From a virus, in the IMG/VR virus record IMGVR_UViG_3300023179_000073, positions 15,622 to 79,621 of that record: a DNA stretch of 64,000 nucleotides; one strand, written 5' to 3'. The notes beneath the pieces were generated by a model. The model saw only the letters and a program-made list of their open reading frames with translations, was not told the DNA's origin and ran no database searches. The stretch's first letter is position 1. The number at the start of each line of letters is the position of its first letter. Shown piece by piece: positions 57,413 to 64,000 of the stretch. The position numbers and the translations under genes are program-made.

Positions 57413-60400
57413 TTATACTGGTGTTGAAACAGTCGTTGACCATTCTGTTTCTGTATATACCTTCAATTTTTCGGGCTGATAGATAAGACCTTCGCCATCA
57501 TCAATAATTATCTTATTAGTTCCAATGTAGGTTTTATAAATATCAGATGGATTAATGCCATAAAATTGTGATGACCCAACGACAAGCATTCCATCCCAAG
57601 TAAAGTTGTTGAGCCAAAACTGCCAATCAAACGTAGTAATTCCATCGGTCAATACTTTAAACCAAGGTCTTTTTGTAGTACTTTCAATTTCTTGTAAACT
57701 GCTTGCTTGATAGTAAGCAATATTATTAAACAATGCTGGGCCTGTAATATTAATGTTTCCAAGATATGAGTTAAAAGAAAGAGGGGTCAAAAATGAAATA
57801 CCAATTGACGACCATTCTTTAAGTGATAATACTGGTTCACGAACAAGAGTACCATTTAAATAAAATGAAAGACCATTATATTCAATTCCGTTTTGATTTA
57901 AAGCAAAAACTTTACCTCTATTTGCATCTGCACTATTTGCCTGAATATAAAACTTAATGCTTCCATCTTTATGATTAATTTCAAATAATTCAGTTGCTGC
58001 TGCTGGGAAGGTATTTTGATCATATCTTGCCCATAATTGCATAGCGCTTACTCTATAAAATGTAGAAAGTTCTTTATTAATTGGCAAGGATAGGCCACGA
58101 TTTTCCAATATATTTAATTCTCCACGAACCTCTATGCCAGAATTTTTTGTTAAATATAAGTATGGAGTGCTTTCTTTATAAATACTAAATGGATTTTTGG
58201 TTTTATAACTATAATAGACACCATTTCTTTTATATGGTATTAGGTCTACTCCAAACCTTGTTCCAATAGGATTGTTAGAGTTATCATTTAATGCTTGGGA
58301 TGTTAACTGCAATCTATTTAGTAAAATTGGTTTACTTAAAATACCACGGCTATTAAATTCAAGGCTATATACAATGGCTAATCTATTAAAGTCTACATCT
58401 TTAACTGGATAAATAAGTGTATTATTTAATATTTCAAACCTTGTTGTTTCCCAATCTGGATAATTAGATAAATCAACAATCTTATATTCATTTGGAGTTT
58501 CTTGATTTTCAAAATCTGTTGGAATATTTGCACCATCAATTAGATACTGAAAAGTAACATAACTTTTTATTTGTGCCCCAGTTGTATCATAATACATCTC
58601 TAAAGATCCTGAGTCCTCTAGTAAGGATGTAGTTGTTGGATACCCAATATTAAATTGTAAAAAATCTAAATCGTAAAACTTTTCACCTTGGGCATTTTCT
58701 ACGAACTGACCAAAATATGATAGTGGAAGATAGTCTTCCCAATATCCCGCAACTCCAATATCAAGAAAATATTTTTCATATGCCTCTGAAGGTAAAAGTG
58801 TGTAACTTGCAGTATGATCAATTAACAACTGTCCATCTTCAATTACTACTATACCATCTGCATCAAAACTATTACATATATCTAAAGAATTTTGAGCAGT
58901 AGAAATTCCAATTGAATAAAGTCTTCCTGTAAAAGTATAATTTCCAGACTCATCTCCACAAGCATACATTCTTAGAGCATTTTGATTTCCAAAAAATGCT
59001 GGAACATTATTTCCAAATTCATTAACAAGAGTCGTTAGATTAAAGCCAACTGCAAAAAGTTGATTTGATGTGATTGGGTCAGACGTAAATAATAGTTCTG
59101 TTGTTCCATTATAAGTCAAAGAGTATTTAATTTCATCTGCATCCTTTATAATTGTAAAATAGTCTCCAGTTAGCGGATTGTATAGTTTAAATAACATTTC
59201 TTCTGAAGCAAGATTGTGAGAACTAAATACACCATAAAAACTTTCTACTTGGGTAGATAATAAATTAAATCTAGGAAAATTAATATATGAGTTTATTGAG
59301 TTCCAGGTGTTATTTGGTTTAAAAGATAAGAATTTATCACTAATTACTGGACCAGACTCGTTATCCTGTATATCTTTATTATCATCATAAAGTTCTTGTA
59401 ATGTTTTTGTTCCAATAAATATTTCTGGTAAAACATACTGTGGAGTTCTTAAACTTGTTGGAGTTGTAGCAAGGTTATCAAAAGTTCCTTGGTCCCACTT
59501 TGCAAAGTCTGGATAATTATAATTTGCCGTATAGTTAGCAAATGGATAGTCTATAAAAGCGGTTGTTCCACTATAAGATGAGTTAATGTTTTCTGGAGAA
59601 GCAACTCCCTGACCATAAACCCACCTGCGTTTTGCAACAGTAATTGGAACCTGATAAGAATATATAGCAACACAATCAATTTCAAATGGATAAACGTCTG
59701 CGTATGCGTAAAATCCTAGCCAGTCCTGATTATCTCCATAGGCGTCTAGTTCTTCTGGTAAAACAAGATTTTCTGTATTTATTGATAGTGAAAGAACTTC
59801 TTCACCATTTATAAGTAAAGATGCTGCATTTTTAATTAAACGTATATGAATAAGCATTGGTCTAAACCATTCACCAACGAAATGAGAAGCAAATTGATCC
59901 CCAATGACTAAAGTTAAAAATCCACTTTCAACATATAGACCATCTTCTGATGCAATTGGTCCAAAAATTTTTTTAGGAGTTAAAGTATTGGCATTTATTC
60001 TTGCCCAAAACTCTACTGTATAGTCATTGTATTGTCCCTTTTGATTTAAAAATCCTTTGCCAGGAACAATTAGTGAAGCATCTGTATCTGGTTCTAATCT
60101 TGTTACACCACTTGCACCATAAACTAAAGGAATTCCAGAATTTTTACATTTAAGTCCACCCTCTGTAATATAATATCCAGAGTCTTCTGCAATACCATAT
60201 GCTTGAGCCTCTACGGCTTCTAAACCACCATATATACTAACATCAGAAGGTACGGTAACTGCGCTAATTCCATAAGAACTTGTGTTAAATTCTTCATTCC
60301 ACTGACCAAGAGTTATTCCATTAAAATAAAATTGATTGTCTGCCGTTTCGTTTGATCCTTCAAACACCTTTATTTTAATGACTATTCTTAAATCTGCACT

Positions 60401-60877
60401 TACGTTTGGTGTTTCAAAAGTCTCAGATATAAAACCCCACTTTTGATAAAGAGAACTTGTAAAAGTTTTAAGATTTTGAACTATATTTGAAGTGTCTGGG
60501 TCTGTGTATTCATAACCAATTGACACTGTTTGTAAAAATATACTATTTGAATAAAAATATGACCCTATGGTAAATGTATCAAATGATGGTTCTAAATCAT
60601 CAAAATTTAATATTGCATCACTAACCAAAGATGCTTCTAAGGTTTCTCCTACTGGAACATCAACCTCAATAAGATTTAAAACGCTATCTGCAAAAGGTTC
60701 TTCTAAGTAACTAGCCTCAACTGTTGCCGTACCATCTGTTACTGTCCAACTGTCTGCTATATCTCTTTGTGCTTCAGATATTAATCCTATATAGTCAAGT
60801 TGATCATCTAATGCCCACAAAACTAGCGGATGCTCAGAATAAATCTTTTCTGCGTATAAATTTGATGGGTTAGACAT
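57413..60877 (-). CDS. Large acidic virion protein with LamG/ConA-like domain
   Basis: P.VLWALDD, YTVEFW, beta-sandwich character; SD AGGAG. Confidence 0.7.
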   Translation of the reverse strand: MSNPSNLYAEKIYSEHPLVLWALDDQLDYIGLISEAQRDIADSWTVTDGTATVEASYLEEPFADSVLNLIEVDVPVGETLEASLVSDAILNFDDLEPSFDTFTIGSYFYSNSIFLQTVSIGYEYTDPDTSNIVQNLKTFTSSLYQKWGFISETFETPNVSADLRIVIKIKVFEGSNETADNQFYFNGITLGQWNEEFNTSSYGISAVTVPSDVSIYGGLEAVEAQAYGIAEDSGYYITEGGLKCKNSGIPLVYGASGVTRLEPDTDASLIVPGKGFLNQKGQYNDYTVEFWARINANTLTPKKIFGPIASEDGLYVESGFLTLVIGDQFASHFVGEWFRPMLIHIRLIKNAASLLINGEEVLSLSINTENLVLPEELDAYGDNQDWLGFYAYADVYPFEIDCVAIYSYQVPITVAKRRWVYGQGVASPENINSSYSGTTAFIDYPFANYTANYNYPDFAKWDQGTFDNLATTPTSLRTPQYVLPEIFIGTKTLQELYDDNKDIQDNESGPVISDKFLSFKPNNTWNSINSYINFPRFNLLSTQVESFYGVFSSHNLASEEMLFKLYNPLTGDYFTIIKDADEIKYSLTYNGTTELLFTSDPITSNQLFAVGFNLTTLVNEFGNNVPAFFGNQNALRMYACGDESGNYTFTGRLYSIGISTAQNSLDICNSFDADGIVVIEDGQLLIDHTASYTLLPSEAYEKYFLDIGVAGYWEDYLPLSYFGQFVENAQGEKFYDLDFLQFNIGYPTTTSLLEDSGSLEMYYDTTGAQIKSYVTFQYLIDGANIPTDFENQETPNEYKIVDLSNYPDWETTRFEILNNTLIYPVKDVDFNRLAIVYSLEFNSRGILSKPILLNRLQLTSQALNDNSNNPIGTRFGVDLIPYKRNGVYYSYKTKNPFSIYKESTPYLYLTKNSGIEVRGELNILENRGLSLPINKELSTFYRVSAMQLWARYDQNTFPAAATELFEINHKDGSIKFYIQANSADANRGKVFALNQNGIEYNGLSFYLNGTLVREPVLSLKEWSSIGISFLTPLSFNSYLGNINITGPALFNNIAYYQASSLQEIESTTKRPWFKVLTDGITTFDWQFWLNNFTWDGMLVVGSSQFYGINPSDIYKTYIGTNKIIIDDGEGLIYQPEKLKVYTETEWSTTVSTPV

Positions 60878-60912
60878 TTTTCTCCTATACCCTTATTATA
60901 GCAGGGTAGAGA

Positions 60913-61407
60913 TTAATTTCTAGGAATCCACAACTTTTCATTACCCTTATTGTGATACCTTGCCATTACAAAAAGTAAATCTGATAGCCTATTTAAATAT
61001 TTTGCAATGTTTAGATTTAGCCCTTCTACCTTCCAAACCTCACGCTCTGCTCTTCTTACAATGGTTCTTGCATTGTGCAAAGGACCCGTAGGTAAAACAA
61101 AAGAATGCAATGGCTCTAAATATTCATTATAGTCATCAATCACATTCTCTAAATATATAATTCTTTCTTCTGATATTGTTATGGTTGGAGCACCAGAAAG
61201 TTCTGCACCAAGATCAAATAAATCACTTTGGATTCTGTCTATGATGTCATTATGATATTCCGTCGCCATTCCAATAGCAGAGTTGGCTTCATCTACTGCA
61301 CCTATTGCTTCAATTAAAGAACTGCTTTTATCTATTCTTTCATTTGTAGCGGTAGAAGTTTTTCCATCATCACCAGTTTTTGTATAAATACGTGTTAGAT
61401 GAACCAT
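60913..61407 (-). CDS. pduO: ATP:cob(I)alamin adenosyltransferase, PduO type
   Basis: IYTKTGDDGKT, GAVDEANSAIG, QSDLFDLGA, ARTIVRRAER, YLNRLSDLLF. Confidence 0.95.
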   Translation of the reverse strand: MVHLTRIYTKTGDDGKTSTATNERIDKSSSLIEAIGAVDEANSAIGMATEYHNDIIDRIQSDLFDLGAELSGAPTITISEERIIYLENVIDDYNEYLEPLHSFVLPTGPLHNARTIVRRAEREVWKVEGLNLNIAKYLNRLSDLLFVMARYHNKGNEKLWIPRN

Positions 61408-61571
61408 TAGTGTCCTGTCAAAGAACGCCAAATATCAACTGTAATACTGTTGGCTATATAAAGTCCAACCAAATTTATAACCAATTGAAGTGCGTACTCA
61501 ATTTTAGTAGGTTTCTTTTTTTGTAACGGAAACTCTATAACATTATCTAATTCTTTATAGGCCAATCTCAT
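61407..61571 (-). CDS. Small single-TM membrane protein (54 aa)
   Basis: Manual translation MRLAYKELDNVIEFPLQKKKPTKIEYALQLVINLVGLYIANSITVDIWRSLTGH; ATGA and TAATG overlaps with neighbours. Confidence 0.7.
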   Translation of the reverse strand: MRLAYKELDNVIEFPLQKKKPTKIEYALQLVINLVGLYIANSITVDIWRSLTGH

Positions 61572-62023
61572 GGAAATATTAACTCTCCTTTAGGACCAGT
61601 CCAAACCAATCCAACTGAGTCTCCTATATTTAAATATTGTTGATCTATGGCAAGTTGTCCCCAACCCCACTCATTACGTGGAAATGGAATAACTTGTTTT
61701 TCTTTAATAATAATTGCCCAATACGCTTCTGCGGGTGGCATAACTTCACAAGACTCTGCCTTTTCATCTGGCAAACCATTAACTCTACAAACCACACCAA
61801 GTCCATACTTTTTAGTACCTTCTATTTTAAGGTTGGCTTGTTTTAAAACATCTAAAGCAAGAATGCTGCTAGATGATTCTACACATTTTTCTAACTTTGT
61901 TTGATTATCTAAAACTCCATAATCAACATAAAGATTTATACAGTTGTCATCTGGTTTGTTTATAACAAACAGTGTTGCTCCAACTGCTATAAAAATTCCT
62001 AATGATGCTAGTATTTTTTTCAT
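61568..62023 (-). CDS. Membrane-anchored SCO2322/DUF4430-like (transcobalamin beta-domain-like) putative B12-binding protein
   Basis: N-terminal anchor; LYVDYG, ALDVLKQA, GTKKYGLGVVCRVNGLP, C..MPPAEAYW, W.WGQ, GDSVGLVW. Confidence 0.7.
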   Translation of the reverse strand: MKKILASLGIFIAVGATLFVINKPDDNCINLYVDYGVLDNQTKLEKCVESSSSILALDVLKQANLKIEGTKKYGLGVVCRVNGLPDEKAESCEVMPPAEAYWAIIIKEKQVIPFPRNEWGWGQLAIDQQYLNIGDSVGLVWTGPKGELIFP

Positions 62024-62034
62024 TTTATCCCCCC

Positions 62035-64000
62035 TTAGTATAATTTTATCTCACAAGCGTCTGTACTGCAATAGGCTTCACCTTGTGCTTCTAGATTTTC
62101 TATTCCATCATAGATAGCAGACCAGTCAATCTTTGCAATTTTGCCTACGTAAGAATTGTATTCTTCTTTTGTAATATTGTTATATGGTTGTTGTGGAAAT
62201 GTTTCATTACCCATTGGTAAGAATGAAACAGCCTTCAATTCACCCTCATAAAGATGAAGTGCTGGAGCCACATGTTTTTTCTCTGTCTCTTTATCAAATG
62301 ATAGAGTTACAGATACTCCATTATCAGACCAGTATTTTTGAGCGGTAGCAGCCAAACCAATCTTTTCAAAAAGACTTACATCCTTTTCAGAGCGGGGATG
62401 TCCAGATGCTACTGGGAAATATACTACTGAAGTATTAGCAGATACTAGGTCTGCTTCTACTTTATACCCCGCTGCTTTAAATAAATGAAGCATTGGATCT
62501 GTATTGCCAAACCTTATAGCCCGTAGATAAAATGCTCCTCCTGGACCCCAATGAACTCCAGGGGTAGCACCAGATAATAGTGATACAGAGCCTGAAGGTT
62601 TGACGGTAGTTACACGAATTGACTCACGTACACATAGCCATTCAGAGTATGAATGATCGTATGATTTAATTTTTTTATACCCTTCGTCCATCCACTCACG
62701 AACGGCTGGCATACCCTTTGTATCTGCAAAAGATGCAATACCAGTTAAAGATGTTCCAATACGACGATTACGTTGCATAATACCATTTGTGGTTTGCCAA
62801 TGTGTTGGCATAAGTGTTACAGTTTTTCCATATAGATATGCAAACTTTAATGTACGAAGAAAATCTTCTTTATCTTCATGACGATTTAAATGAACTTCTA
62901 CTAATGTACACAGTTCATATGATTCTAATGGTTGTTCTGCACATGGATTAAAGCCCATTACACGATAATCTTTTCCATCTGGTGCATCTGCAAGTCTTCC
63001 ATAATTACGAGCAACATCAAGCCAAATAAAACCTGGCTCTCCATTATCTGCAATTAGATCAACATAATCTTCATAGTTTGTTCCAACTTCTGCAGCGATA
63101 GAGTTATTAGACATCCATGCCCATCCTGGATTTTTTGGATCATAGGAGTTGCGCTCTGGAAAAACCTCTGCATTTTTTAAATTACTAAAATCTTTGTCAT
63201 CTGCATCTCCTAAAGCAAGAGTGGCAGAACGACGAACATTACCAGAAACTACGCAGGTACCAATAAGATTAACAATATCTACAATTGCACGGGAATCAAA
63301 TTTATCCCCCGCTCTAGATCCCACAATTTTGGTAATGCGGTTATGTAAATCTATTAATGGTTCTGGACCACTGGCTACCCCGCCAAATCCCTTAATAGGT
63401 GCCCCCAAAGGCCTTATAAGGTCATATGTAAACTGTTGTATAGGTTGGTTTGAACGAAGGTATGAGTTTATTAATAATCTTACAGACTCAACCCAGCCCT
63501 CTCTAGTATCAGGAATTTCATATACTGAAGGTGGCTCTGTTGGAGCATAAATTAACATTTCTTTCTCTTGTCCAAGGGTATCAAACCCTACACCTATGCC
63601 TAACATTAATGCATCCATTACCCAAGCAAATAATGCTCCTGGATCATTACGATCAATATCACGAGTAGAGACCATTGCACAATTTTGTAGGGCAGCAGAG
63701 TTACGCTTTTCCATAGTCATTGGGGTTCCAAAAGCCCAAAGGCCACGTCCTGGTGGAGTCCACTTTAATTCAAACATTCTTTGAAATGCTTCTTGGGCAG
63801 ATTTTTGAGCCTTATTATCATTCCATGGTAAACGATTTTCCTTAGCATGATTCTTTTGAACTGAGTACATGCCCTCAATTACACGTTTACAGACTTCATA
63901 CCATCTTTCTTTTGTTCCGTCTTCTTTCATACGAGAATAAGTACGTATAAAAGTAATCTCTCCTAGAGAGTTTGAACCAGCATCTGAGAATCCGAATGGG
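62035..64000 (-). CDS. nrdJ: Class II (AdoCbl-dependent) ribonucleotide reductase, monomeric RTPR type; 5' end outside window
   Basis: PPGRGLW, LQNC, GNVRRSA, GFNPCAEQ, TVKPSGS, C-terminal CSTDAC; frame open to the window end. Confidence 0.96.
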   Translation of the reverse strand, partial: PFGFSDAGSNSLGEITFIRTYSRMKEDGTKERWYEVCKRVIEGMYSVQKNHAKENRLPWNDNKAQKSAQEAFQRMFELKWTPPGRGLWAFGTPMTMEKRNSAALQNCAMVSTRDIDRNDPGALFAWVMDALMLGIGVGFDTLGQEKEMLIYAPTEPPSVYEIPDTREGWVESVRLLINSYLRSNQPIQQFTYDLIRPLGAPIKGFGGVASGPEPLIDLHNRITKIVGSRAGDKFDSRAIVDIVNLIGTCVVSGNVRRSATLALGDADDKDFSNLKNAEVFPERNSYDPKNPGWAWMSNNSIAAEVGTNYEDYVDLIADNGEPGFIWLDVARNYGRLADAPDGKDYRVMGFNPCAEQPLESYELCTLVEVHLNRHEDKEDFLRTLKFAYLYGKTVTLMPTHWQTTNGIMQRNRRIGTSLTGIASFADTKGMPAVREWMDEGYKKIKSYDHSYSEWLCVRESIRVTTVKPSGSVSLLSGATPGVHWGPGGAFYLRAIRFGNTDPMLHLFKAAGYKVEADLVSANTSVVYFPVASGHPRSEKDVSLFEKIGLAATAQKYWSDNGVSVTLSFDKETEKKHVAPALHLYEGELKAVSFLPMGNETFPQQPYNNITKEEYNSYVGKIAKIDWSAIYDGIENLEAQGEAYCSTDACEIKLY

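Noticed and set aside
1-64000. Stop-codon reassignment
   Set aside because: Core genes are full length in the standard code and TAA, TAG and TGA all end genes; no suppressor tRNA seen
62024-64000. Cobalamin riboswitch for the B12 operon
   Set aside because: The nrdJ leader lies outside the window and the internal gaps are too short to hold one

Overview
This window is part of a large, AT-rich tailed dsDNA phage genome. The long tape measure and single tail-tube gene point to a siphovirus. The host is probably an actinobacterium: the window carries WhiB, an SCO2322-like protein and a DnaE-type polymerase, and its layout resembles Streptomyces BE/BK-type and freshwater actinophages (inference). 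Essentially all genes lie on the minus strand. In transcription order (right to left) the window holds: a B12 module (class II RNR, putative B12-binding protein, small membrane protein, PduO); a LamG-like virion protein; head genes (portal, protease with nested scaffold, major capsid); neck and tail genes, including two paralogous tail chaperones; replication and recombination genes (DnaB, primase, SSB, DnaE, RecA, Cas4-like nuclease, RuvC); a displaced terminase pair; two large cell-surface proteins; a lysis cassette; and an accessory region (Ntn peptidase, carbamoyltransferase, DUF6065-like, two tRNAs, radical SAM, SGNH-like, Hsp20, SAM decarboxylase, thioredoxin, WhiB, sulfotransferase, APS kinase). 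The most notable observations are (1) a C-terminal scaffold motif K-S-[LI]-W-x-G-x-F reused by two accessory proteins about 50 kb away, a candidate capsid cargo-loading tag; (2) a translationally coupled B12 capture and activation operon feeding NrdJ; (3) tail chaperones G and GT produced by gene duplication rather than frameshifting; (4) an orphan structured RNA and a ROSE-like thermometer flanking hsp20; and (5) a phage-borne S-layer-like protein and a glycan-decoration toolkit. All calls come from reading motifs by eye; no database searches were run.
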